From positions 30,027,967-30,091,966 of the forward strand of contig CM120640.1 of NCBI GenBank assembly GCA_051362555.1: 64,000 nt of DNA, in the 5' to 3' direction. How positions within the stretch are numbered: the first letter of the stretch is position 1; the number at the start of each line of letters is the position of its first letter. Below the pieces are notes generated by a model. The model had not been told where the DNA came from. It did no database searches and saw only the letters and a list, made by a program, of their open reading frames with translations. This DNA comes from Lingula anatina (Eukaryota > Animalia > Brachiopoda). The translations under genes were made by a program, and so were the position numbers. Positions 50,640 through 62,636 of this stretch are shown here, piece after piece.

Positions 50640-52322
50640 CATAGCAATCCCTGCTAGTCATAGATGATACATGTATCAGGATTCCAGACCCATTCATGGT
50701 GGATTCATGGACAGGAGAACCAAAGAGCATTGAGCTATGGCCTCCCATATCACAATCTATGACATTTCAGAATTTTTAAAAGAACATGATGTTGCAATAT
50801 CAAATGCCTGTTTAAGAACACATCTGTTGAGGGACTATAAAGAGCAGAAAGCTTATTCATATTTTGCCTCCAACTGGGCGTTTGAAGTGAAACATTTTAA
50901 TGTCCCAAATTCTTCTATTATACTACCAATAAGAGCAAATGTCACTCCCTCTCAAAGGCTAAATGACCCACCACACCAGGCCTGGATTGCTAGCAGTAAG
51001 GATGGCAAAATATTGAGGGCCTATTGCACATGCTTTGCTGGACTTGGACAGGCATGTAATCATGTGGCTGCCATTTTGTTTTAAGTGGAGTATGGATGGA
51101 GATCTGGGCTATGCCAGCCAGCTAGCACATCCAAAGAATATGTTTGGCGAGCACCAAAGCAGTCGAAGGCCATCCTGACCCCAAAGCGGATTCAAGATAT
51201 GGCTTGGAAGTCTCCCTCTATGGCAAATTCTCTACTTCATATCATCAGTCAAATAAGCAATGGAAATTATTTGATCTATGTATATACAGTACCAGAACTG
51301 CTATAATAATATTATATTTTAAATATTATAGAATGTTTTTAGTTTATTATATACAACGAACTATATAGTACAATCTGTGAAGCTGACGTTATATGTTGTC
51401 AATAGAAACTAAAAATATTATTTTATTATGCTTTTGAATTCAGACAGCTCCAAGGTAATAAACCCAGAGCATCGGGCAAAGTACCAACCAGAGGTAGATC
51501 TGAGCAAGGGCCAGAGTCTCGAGGAATTCATAGATGTCCTTAAGATCATCCAAGATGATGCTGTTTTCCTTAAAGAGAGGGAGGAAGGCCACTTTTTGCC
51601 TGAAACTAATCAAAGTCTACCCCCACCATGCCAAAAAGTACAGCACAGAGGAAGACTTCATTGAAAATCTCCCCAGTTACGTCAAGGATGAAATAAAAGG
51701 AAACACACCTATTTTTTAATTAATAGACATAATTATGCAGTTTTTAGCATAGGTTAATATTTGTTATGCAACTTCTATTTTCATATCAAATGCTTGCTAA
51801 CATGTGAGTGTTATTTTATTTTCAGATAAAGAAAAGGCAACAAGGGGTCAAGCAAGAAATTCAGTCTGGTTTGAGCAGAGGGAAGGCTCCTTGACAGCTT
51901 CATGTTTTGATGATATTCACACAAAAATGGAGTCATCCAAAAAGACAGAGGTCGACTTTAACCCCCTCATAAGTAGATTAATTACTTTATATCAGCCCCC
52001 CCCTTCTGATTTACCTGCATTAAAGTATGGACGTTACATGGAACCTGTTGCTGCCACAGAATTTGAGAAGATGATGCATAGTGAAGGGCACAGGGACTTG
52101 AAGGTTACAAAATGTGGTTTCTTTACAAGTGCAAGTTTTAGTTTTTTAAGGGCCTCTCCTGACCGCATTATTGATGATGCTTGCTGTGGCAAGGGGACTG
52201 TAGAAATTAAATGCCCAATCTCTGCAGCACACACAGTCCCCAATTCAGATAGTTTAGACTATTTAGTTATATGTGGTGATAGAGACATATTGAAAGAAAA
52301 TCACAGGTACCTAACACAGATT
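50640..52322 (+). pseudogene. Spliced SWIM zinc finger + YqaJ-like (lambda exonuclease fold) gene, disrupted
   Basis: SWIM: AYCTCFAGLGQACNHVAAILF; YqaJ: TRGQARNSVWFEQREGSLTASCF, YGRYMEPVA, FLRASPDRII, VEIKCP, HRYLTQI; acceptor-like sites ending 51443 and 51825; in-frame TAA at 51082; cut by the DIRS element at 52320. Confidence 0.85.
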
Positions 52323-52478
52323 CCACATCACCGTCTAGTGACGTACTAGGCTTCACATGAGAGATGCGCGTGCAGCTCAGCGTCATTCATTGCGCTGTTT
52401 CTCAGCGAAGTGAACGCAGATTTACAAGCTGCATGAAATTAATATTTCTGCAGTGTTTTGAGCTATTTAAGCGCTTAA

Positions 52479-53024
52479 GAGCGCATTCTCAACGAATTAA
52501 GCCAGGCTTTACAAAGCCGGTGACCTAAAAATGGCGGACGTACATAAAAGAAAAACCACCTAATCTTTTAATAGTCTCTCCGCCTCTCACACGCCTCCCC
52601 ACACGTCGTCCCTACGGGGTACACTAATTAAATCTCGGCTCCGAACATTAATATTTCCGTGAATATCTCTGGTGATATTATCTCCGTAGATAGTCGATTC
52701 ATTGCTGCTCTACGGGCCAAATTATTCCTTTTTCGTCTCTGTTTTCAAAGATAATAGAACAGAAGAGCTTTTTTCCTTCGATCGCCTTCAGCCGCCATGC
52801 TTTCCTCACCACGAGTTTAACTGATGAGCATGCGCACTTAATATTTCTCAGGTAGCTTCCGCATGGCGAACGGAGACGCGATTTAATTACTGTACCCCGC
52901 AGGGACGACGTGTGGGGAGGCGGAGAGACTATTAAAAGATCAGGCGGTTTTTCTTTCATGTACGTCCGCCATTTTTAGGTCACCGGCTTTGTAAAGCCTG
53001 GCTTAATTCGTTGAGAATGCGCTC
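52479..53024. mobile_element. PIF/Harbinger-like MITE (546 bp) in the DIRS 5' region
   Basis: ~160-bp TIRs gagcgcattctcaacgaattaagcc... / ...ggcttaattcgttgagaatgcgctc; TAA target duplication at 52476-52478 and 53025-53027. Confidence 0.85.
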
Positions 53025-53276
53025 TAAGCATGTCTGCTTACATACTGTTAATACAGTGATATGTGGTTTAATACCCATTAATACAAGTTTATCGCAATAA
53101 ATACACTAAATCGTGCTAGCTATTGTACTCGTGTCTTGGGAGTAGTGTTTACAGACTGTTCTGTGGCTACATCTGCGCACATTGTTACTGCGCTTCAATT
53201 AATATGTGCAAAAGTGTACTGCGCAGTAAAAGAATATGGAGCGAGGTAAAAGTTTTATACAGTGACACCGATAAAA

Positions 53277-54313
53277 ATGGTGGATAAAAATTCCGAATGT
53301 AACAATCAGCCCGAAAAAACTAGTAAAGTTAGCGCTAGAGAGTCTAGACCAAAACAAAAGACTGACAAGGAAATAAAAACACATGCAAAACGGGTTTGTC
53401 AGTTCGTCTAGGGAGACTTCAAAAGAGACGAAAGTGCCGGCACCACATGCTTTGGCTAGCACATCAAATGACATCTCTGACACCTCTAATGAAGGGAATG
53501 TCGATATTTTGGGTCAGATTCTCCAAAAAATGGAGCTTATGCAAAAACAGATAAATGAGAACAGTAAGCGTCCTCTGGAAGTCGACGAAGACCATTTGCT
53601 GGCCCTCAGCGATGAGGAGTTGCTGGATATGGATTTAGAAGTTAACAACCTATTGACTAATACTGAGATCCACAGTGAAACGGAAGGGAATATAATTCTT
53701 GAGAAGAGTTCCCAAGAATTAATAGACGAAGAAGCAACATCTCCTAGTATTATGCCAGAATTGGCTGATATTCTCAACAGGATAACGTCAAAAAGAAATT
53801 CGGATGAGAAAATTAAGGAATTCTACCTGCTACCAGAGGTAAGGATGTTAGATTACAGAAAGCGCAAACCAGGGTGGTCAGAGCGCTCACACCTCTGGCC
53901 CAACTTGCGAATATGTTTCTGGAGGCTAAAAACAAAAAGGAATCATTGGATATTCCAGCTGGTCTGTCTCTTGTATTAAATGCGTTTTCATTTGTTGCCA
54001 ATGGCAGCATTGAGATGCCCTCAGGAGGAGGGAACTAATAAAGCCAGACTTGCACAGGGAGTACAGAGACGTTTGTTCACCGGACACCCCCATTACCGAT
54101 TGGTTATTTGGCGATGATTTTGCCGTGGTTGTGAAAGGTATCAATGAAACCAACAAGGTAGCAACAAAAGTTGGAAGCCGTAAAGATTACCATGGGCGTA
54201 ATCACGCAGCATATAGGCCAAGAGGTTTTCAAAAGTACACACCTCCAAAAAAAAGCTACAGAAATTTCAGGAAATCAAGGCCAAATCACGCAGGCAAGAC
54301 CAAGCTGGATTAG
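53277..54313 (+). pseudogene. DIRS gag-like ORF1, broken
   Basis: Acidic N-part (53383-53979), then RRRELIKPDLHREYRDVCSPDTPITDWLFGDD typical of DIRS1-like ORF1; stops and frameshifts. Confidence 0.75.
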
Positions 54314-54322
54314 AGAGAAAAA

Positions 54323-56453
54323 ATGAAGCACCTAAAGAGGTCAGTATCAATTGGTCATCATATATTGATGCTTTAAAAGATAAATTGGTCACTGAGATAG
54401 CAAATTTTACTGCAGCTAGTTTACAAAAGTGCAAGAAGTTTTGGCCAAATCTTACATCAGATAAGTATATACTGAATACTGTTTCATATGGTATCAATAT
54501 TGAAATAGACAAATCAACAGAACAATCAAGAATTTCTCAGACCTAAGCTTTCAATAAAGTAGAATCTGATATAATTCATACTGAAATCCATCAACTTTTA
54601 GAGAAAAAAGTGATACAAAAGGTCAAACACTGTGCAGGTGAATTTATTTCCAATATTTTCTTAAGAGAAAAAAAAGACGGAAAGTTCAGATTGATTTTAA
54701 ATCTGAGGAAACTTAATGCTTCTGTTGTATATCATCATTTTAAGATGACTAGTTTGCAGTCAGCCATTAATCTTATGACACCTCAGTGTTTCATGTCAAC
54801 CATTGATTGGAAAGATGCTTATTATTGTCTGGCAGTTTGTGATGAACACAAGAGACTGTTAAGATTTGAATTTGATGGGAACTTGTATGAATATCAGGTT
54901 TTACCAAATGGCTTGGCAAGTGGACCACGTGTTTTTACTAAAGTTACTAAACCAATTTTTTCCTATTTGAGAAAATTAGGTCACATGAATTGTCCATACA
55001 TTGATGACAGTCTCTTAGTTGGGGAATCTTTGCAAGATTGCAGAGAGAATGTGATGCAAACAGTTAAAGTTTCTACTCAAGCAGGGTTTACTGTGCATCC
55101 AACTAAGTCTGTTTTAGAACCAACGCAAAAGTTGGATTTTTTAGGCTTTACATTGGATTCTGTAAAAATGAGAGTGTCTTTAAACAAGAGACAAGCAGAT
55201 AAAATATTTTCTGCATGTACCAACCTCTAACAGCAGGACCGTATTACTATTCTGCAATTGGCAAAAGTAGTAGGATTATTGGTAGCATCTTTTCCTGGTG
55301 TAGAATATGGGCCTCTTTATCATAGGTCACTGGATATGAGAAAAAAATCAAGCTTTGAAAGCTAGTAAAGGAGATTTTCAAGCAAAATTGCAGATTGCCA
55401 GTGATGATGCCTTGAAACTAGACTTGACTTGGTGGATAGAAAATATCCATTCAAGTTTTAAGTTGATTTCACATGGAAACCCTTCATTAGTTATTTATTC
55501 TGATGCATCAGAAAAAGGATGGGGGGGGGGGGGGGGGGAGCATGCAAGGGCATCACATCAGGAGGGAACTGGTCAGCAGTTGAAAGTGCTTTCACATTAA
55601 TTATCTTGAACTATTAGCTGCATGGTTTGCTCTAAAATGCTTTGCACAAGATGAAACAAATATTCACATTAAAATGTGTATAGATAATATAACTGCTTTG
55701 TCATATATTGCTCGAATGGGAGGGAAAATACCCTCGCTAAATAACTTGGCCAGAAAAATTTGGTTATGGTGCAAGGGAAAAAATATATGGTTATCAGTTG
55801 CATATATTGAATCAGAAAATAATGTAGAAGCTGATAAAAAAAGTAGACTTGATCATGATAATCTTGAATGGAAGTTGCACCCAACAGTATTTAAAGATAT
55901 ATAACTAAGCAGTTTTATCTACCAGAAACGGATCTGTTTGCTTCAAGGCTGAATAATCAACTACCTAAATATGTATCATGGAAACCTGATCTGTTTGCTA
56001 TGACAACGGATGCCTTGTCTATTGACTGGTCACAGATGAATGCTTATACATTTCCACCTTTTTCTTTAATAGGAAAGATGTTAAGCAAAATTGAGTTTGA
56101 TCAAGTGGATAGTTACATAGTGGTAGTGCCATATTGGACAACTCAAATATGGTTAATTTCATGCAGCTTGTAAATTGAGCCATATGTTAATATCTTGTCC
56201 TTTTTTACTTCCCAGGAATCAAGAATTGCTGTGGCACCCACACAAAAACATGGCCAATCATCTTCCAAAGTTAAAGCTAATGGCTTGTGTATTGTCAGGA
56301 AAAGTTTCGAAGACAGGGCATTTTTGCCAACAGCTGTCAAATTGGTCATGTCCTCATGGAGAGATACAACTGTCAAGCAATATGAATTTTACATTTCCAG
56401 ATGGATTCAATATTGTAGTGAGAGGAACATTAATACCTTGTCACCAAATGTAA
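54323..56453 (+). pseudogene. DIRS RT / RNase H / DAM-like methyltransferase, broken
   Basis: KKDGKFRLILNL, IDWKDAY, LPNGLASGPRVFTK, YIDD; YSDASEKGWG, INYLEL, IDN, NVEADKKSR; DLFASRLN..YTFPPF..VVPYW methyltransferase motifs; stops at ~54544 and 55228 plus frameshifts. Confidence 0.9.
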
Positions 56454-57259
56454 CTGATGTTGTAATTTTTTTAGCCCATTGCTTTGATATGAGACTTGGA
56501 TATTCTGCTCTAAATACAGCAAGATCAGCACTTTCAACTTTTATTATGGTGGATAAGTGTCCAGCAGGTGCTCATCCTCATGTGGTTAGACTGATGAGAG
56601 GAGTTTTTACTTCTAGACCTGCATTACCAAGGAACAATATGATATGGGACACAAGTTTGCTTTTGAATTACCTCAAAAAACTTTCACCAGTGAAAAAACT
56701 TAATCTTTCACAACTGAGCAAGAAAGCAGTGACATTGACTATTTTATTGACAGGTCAAAGAACCCAATCGTTGCATCTTATTGACATTTGGAACATCACA
56801 ATTAATAAGTCTTAAGTCACATTTAGATATGGTGATTTACTGAGGCAGTGAAGACCAGGTCACCACATTGGTGAAATAACAGTGACAGCATATGCACCAG
56901 ATAGACAATTATGTTTATGTACTGTCTTAATGGAATACATGGACAGAGTCAAACATTTAAGAGGAAATATCACAAGATTGTTTTTAACATCTGTAAAGCC
57001 ATTTAAGGCAGCAGCCAAATCTACCATATCTAGATGGATTAAGCAAACTATGAATACGGCTGGTATAGACATGGAGATATTTACTCCACACAGCACACGC
57101 AGTGCAGCATCTTCACAAGCAAAACTTGCTAAAGTGCCATTAGACACTATTTTGAAGACGGCAGGCTGGTCTAAAGATTGCACATTTGCTAAATATTACG
57201 ATAAAGAAATTCAACAGGGCCAGTTTGCAGATGCAATTTTGTCTGGCACTGGTGTCTGA
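56195..57259 (+). pseudogene. DIRS tyrosine recombinase, with premature stops
   Basis: YSALNTARSALS, LLTGQRTQSL, PHSTRSAASS, AGWSKDCTFAKYY; in-frame stop at 56813-56815. Confidence 0.9.
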
Positions 57260-57322
57260 CATGGACATTCATATTTGTAGGGAGCTGTTTTATGAGCTTT
57301 TTATTTGATTTACCTTTTTAAG

Positions 57323-57478
57323 CTGCAACTTGTGCAGTTACAGTTGTTACCTGCAATTTGTGCAGATGGAGTTCTTTTGAACATTTAAATATGCTGTTTA
57401 TAACTGCAACTTGTGCAGTAAGAGTTGTTTCCTGCAAATTGTGCAGATGAATTTCTATTTTGCATTGAATATGCTGTT
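57323..57478 (+). repeat. Two 81-bp units, each with two CTGCA-N5-TGCAG hairpins, downstream of DIRS YR
   Basis: Hairpins at 57323-57337, 57351-57365, 57404-57418, 57432-57446. Confidence 0.85.
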
Positions 57479-57701
57479 ACAAGTTGTTTGATAAACAAGT
57501 TTATTGTTCTTTGCAGTAAATACATGTTGATTTAATTAAACACATAGTGTTTGTGCCTTTAATTTGCTGGTTTCAAAAAACCTGGTAAGGTGTTGTGTCT
57601 GGACCACACTTTGAACGTCTCATGTGGAGCCCATTACGTCACTAGACGGTGATGTGGAATTAGAGGGTTAAATAGACTTACCATAGGTGAGTTGATATCT
57701 A

Positions 57702-58000
57702 GGCGCATTTTGAAAAGCAGAATCGAATCCAACAATCATGACAGGGTACTAGTTTCTACCAGTACAAAAGTAAAAGCAAAGAAGTCTGTGAAAACAAAAA
57801 CCAGAAAAACCCCAGTGTACATATGTAGAATTTGCAAGAGTAAATGTATAGAAAATGCTGAAGCAAGAAGCATATAGCATATTGTGTTCAATGTGTGATA
57901 AGTGGTTTCACTGGACTTTTGTTGAAATTGACAAGGACTCTGAAGAAGCAAATGATGAGGATGTCCTGTAGCTTTGTACAATTTGTCCACAGATGAAATA
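57702..58000 (+). pseudogene. PHD-finger remnant, probable C-terminus of the SWIM-YqaJ gene
   Basis: K-rich linker then VYICRICKSKC..CVQCDKWFHWTFV..CTIC across frameshifts and stops. Confidence 0.65.
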
Positions 58001-58609
58001 ATTGCACTTTTATGCTTAAAACTTTTTCTCAAATTTTGTTGCAGTAATGAAAATACTATCATGTAAATGTCCTATTCAACATCAAATATATTGAACAAAA
58101 ATGTGGAAAATGATATATACTTTACATAGAGCAGGTGCATTATTAACAAGAGTATATACAATGCAACCTACTGTGAAAATAAAAAAGTGAATAAAAAGCT
58201 GCTATAAAATTAACCAGATATGCAGTTCATTAGTGTAATCAACATTAGATAAATAAGGATCATTATTATGACAAAATGCAATGAACACCTAGTATTTGGC
58301 ACAGATTCAATTTGATTTTCCCAGTGTCAAAATGCATGTTTAGCAGAAATACTGCATTGAATTTTATGTAGAGTTGTAATAACATTCACTTTGGCACAAG
58401 TATCAAGAGCACAAATACTGATTATAATAAATATATGTCGAGCATGAACAGAACAAGTGAGGTTTCAAATACAATAAGGAATACATTAGTTGTATTTTGT
58501 AATGATTTTCATTTCAAATACTGAGCATTGTTAAATTGCACTTAACAAAAATGTAAACAAATATTACAAATATTGAACATAATAAACATATATTGTACTG
58601 TACATAAAT

Positions 58610-60245
58610 ACTGTACATGTTAAAATTTATTCTGATCACTGTGTATGTCTGTATTGTGACTGTTTGTTTGTATTTATTTTGATTATTGTGCACATGTCTA
58701 TGTTTTTACTCTTTTTCCTTGTGTTCATTCTCATTACGGTGAACGTTATTGTTGTCACTGTACATGTGAAATTTGTTTCTAATTACTGTGTTTGTCTGTA
58801 TTTTGATGGTGTTTGTTTGTATTTATTTTGATTACTGTGTTTGTTGGTGTTGTTAATGTTGTCGTTTGTATTTATTGTGATCATTGTGTATGTCAGGTTT
58901 GTCATTTTTTTGTAATCATTACTATTACTCTGCATGATGGTGTTGTCACTGTATGGGTATGTGTCTGTTTATATTCTGGTTACTGTGTCTATTCTGTGTA
59001 TATTGTTGCTGAATGTGTTTGTATATATTGTGATGACTGTATATGACTTCGTTTTCACTCTTTTTCCTTGTGTTCATTCTAATTATGGTGAACTTTACTG
59101 TTGTCACTGTACACTTCAAATTTTTTCCAATCACTGTGTATGTCTGTATTTTGACTGTGCTTGTTTTTATTTTTTTTTATTAATGTGCATATTTGTGTTG
59201 TCACTGTCCCTGTTTGTTTTTATTGTGAGCACTGTGTATGTCAGTTTTGTCACTATTTGTTTGTAACCTTTACTATTTCTCTGCATGATTGTGTTGTAAG
59301 TGTATCCCTGTGTGTTTGTTTATCTTATGTATATCTATGTGTCTGTTTATCTTTGTTTGCTGTGTCTATTCTGTATTGTTACTGAATGTATTTGTATATA
59401 TTGTGATGACTGTCTACAACTTTGTTTTCACTCTTTTTCCTTTTGATCATTCTCATTACGATGAACATTACTCTTGTCACTGTACACATCAAAATTTATT
59501 CTGATCACTGTGTATGTTTATATTTTGACTGTGTTTGTTTGTATTTAATTTGATTGCTGTGCATGTTTGTGTTGTCACTGTTTGTGTTTGTATTTATTGT
59601 GACCACTGTGTCTATTTGTTTTCTCACTCTATTTGTTTATAATCTTTACTTTTACTCTGCATGATGATGTTATTTACTATATGTGTGTCTGTTTATATTC
59701 TGCTGCTGTGTCTATTTTGTATTGTTACTGAATGTGTTTGTATACATTGTGATGACTGTGTACGGCTATGTTTTTTACTCTTTTTCCTTGTGTTCATTTT
59801 CATTACGGTGTACGTTACTGTTGTCACTATACATTTCAAATTTTATTTTAATCACTGTGTATGTCTGTATTTTGACTATCTGTTTGAATTTATTTTGATT
59901 ACTGTGTTTGTTGGTGTCGTTACTGTTTGTGTTTGTATTTATTGTGAGCACTATGTACGTCAGTTTTGTCACTCTTATTTCTTTTTTATTCATTATTATT
60001 ACTCTGCATGATGGTGTTGTCACTGTATATCTATATGTCTGTTTATATTGTTTGCTATGTCTTTTCTGTTTTATTACTGAATGTGTTTGTTCACATTGAG
60101 ATGACTGTGTACGATTTCGTTTTCACTCTTTTTCCTTGTGTTTATTCTCATTACGTTGAACATTACTGTTGTCACTGTACATGTGAAATTTGTTTCTAAT
60201 TACTGTGCATGTCTGTACTGGGACTGTGTTTATTTGTATTTTTAT
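58610..60245 (+). repeat. Satellite block (diverged monomers)
   Basis: Same actgtg-based TG-rich repeat. Confidence 0.9.
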
Positions 60246-60249
60246 CAAT

Positions 60250-60895
60250 AATATGTCTTCATTTTTATATTATTGTGGGAAAAATTATTTTAAGATCTGA
60301 ACAAAACTGTGCAAGTGAAGTAAAAGAGCCACTTAAGTTATGCCAGAGCCCTCTTAGTTAATTTTATGAGAATCAGGAATACAGTTAAATTCTTAATTAA
60401 AATAAAATTAATTTTGGGTGGTTTGCAACATTTTTTCCAGTTCCAAATCGAAGGTCTCTTTATTACCTGCAGTACACGGACCTAAGAGCTTGTTTGACCC
60501 TAAATAAAGGTCGAAAGTCAAATCTAAGGGCATATTTGGAATCTCCACATGACTTTTGGTCAGACTTCTATAGTAATTTTTCCCATAATTTCTTCGGTTT
60601 GAGAGATATTTAGCACTGAATTTTCAAAAATTATGACAAGGGCGCATTCAAACGAGTGTCACTAAAACCATGAGTATTGCCAGCATACATGCTGGTGGTA
60701 CTAATAATTTAGAGTGTTTCCCCCATCTCTTAAGAGATTATCAGAGGTTGATCATCTGTGAAGATTGAAGGTCACATATGGTTTAGTGGCAAGCACAGAT
60801 TCCAGAATAATTGCAAGAACCACCATTTCGGTGGTAAAATAGAATTTGTTATATTTGTCCAAGTTGTTTACAATGTATTCAATGTAAAATATAAA

Positions 60896-60954
<59 letters not shown>

Positions 60955-62636
60955 TATGTATGTGTAATATATGCCATGACGGAGATTTATTTAAACTTTC
61001 TTTATAAACTGTATCTTTTTCTTCCTTTTTTTTTTCAAACTATTTTTTCTGTGGGTGACATAGTTATGCTAAAAGTATTATAAGACTTATGTGAATAAAT
61101 GTATTTTTTTTTTTTTTGGGGGGGGGGGGGACTACACTTATTTAGTTTTTGCTATTATTTGGTAACCAACGACATTGCTTAATAGCGAGCATGCATGTGC
61201 AAAACTCCTGACCCAATGTTTCACAGGTTTAGGCTCGGTGGATAATATATGTGTGGCTCAGTAAAACAGCACCCAGTGAACAAATTATTCACTTCTACAA
61301 TCTAAGTTACAGGATTCCTAACAGGAAAAAACACCAAAACAAAATTGAATTAACAAAAAGAAGTGTTTAAACAAAAGAAAAAATATCCATCTACAACAAA
61401 TGTCTTTCATATTGAATCTCTGATTTTGATTAAACATTTATTTTATACGTCCTGAGATATTGCTAGGTACCTAGTACAAAAATGAGACAGAACTACATGT
61501 ACATTTTACATAAGGCATCTGAGCATACCACTATATTTTTGCTTTGAACATTTGTCTTGGTAAGAATGGATCAATTAAATTGTTAAATTCTACTTTGTTG
61601 GTGGGCAATAAATTAGCAGAATAACAGTTATATCTTTTTTGCTTCCTGGGCTAGCATCAAATATACAAATTGGTGCCAAAAAACAATTAACAGGTTAATC
61701 ATTATAAACTATATATATGGGACAAATCAACCCACACTGTTTCCACTTTTCTCAACATAATGTTATTTTTTACAAACATCGAAGGGGGGAGTCGGGACCC
61801 AACACACACCTGGCCCTAAATCTGCCACTGCATGTTATTCATTTGAAATTGATTAGTAAAGTGTAATTAAGCCATTTAATTTCATGTATCCTCAGATTAT
61901 CTAAGTTCATAGATGTAACTAACAATTTCAACTACAAAAGAATAAATTAACGGGGAGGGGAGGGATGTACTCATACTAATTCCCCTCACAACATCGTTAA
62001 TTCCCAATTTGTAGCCTATAAACTTGGTTAATGTAACATGTAGGCCTATATTTTGATTTTGCAGATTGTTTTGCCCATTTATAAATAATATAATATTCAT
62101 TTTATAATATGTATAATGATGTGGATTGTTTTGCCCATTTATATTATATGTGGAAATGAATAAAATTAATTACATGCATGTACACGTATGTAGGCATTGC
62201 GCCAGCTCAGTACGATGACCCCCCCCCTCCCCACTTCCTCAGTTGCCAAAGTCAATACCCCGAAACGTTATCTTTATCAAACATTCATTTTAAAATAATC
62301 ATGTGAAAATGCTTATAAATAATAACGTTAATTTATACAGCGCACAAATCTGCTCCTTCTAATGCTGTTTCAACTCATTTCAGTTATTCGGTTCTCATAT
62401 TATATGTGCGATTCCTTAAAACAACACACACACACACACAAGATAACACCTAAATAAAATAAATTCATTGCTATTAACTGTAAGTTTACCCCTACTTCTT
62501 GAGCTTAAAAGGGTCATATCTCTACATCATCATATTGTGAGTGGAAATACATACCAAGTGGTATGAAAATAAACTAGCTCTCACACTAACCCCTCTATTG
62601 GCAAAATCCCCTAGCTCATCATATAATACGCTAACG
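60250..62636 (-). mobile_element. Second, truncated and inverted copy of the MULE-like element
   Basis: Reverse complement aligns with 12457-~15190 (e.g. ORF-track peptides at 12990+ and 61897- are near-identical); lacks the 14007-14480 insertion/duplication and the other TIR. Confidence 0.9.

Larger units (their letters stand above)
52320..57701 (+). mobile_element. Degenerate DIRS1-type YR retrotransposon
   Basis: gag, RT/RNase H/methyltransferase and YR order; 5' end 52320-52362 complementary (3 mismatches) to 57618-57660, followed by a short terminal hairpin acttacc-ata-ggtgagt. Confidence 0.9.

Noticed and set aside
52479-53024. Long inverted repeat as the DIRS ITR
   Set aside because: Both arms lie in the 5' region and are bounded by a TAA duplication, so it is a separate MITE.
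55521-55538. G-run in the DIRS RNase H as a programmed frameshift site
   Set aside because: The element has many other lesions; a homopolymer expansion or sequencing error is more likely.
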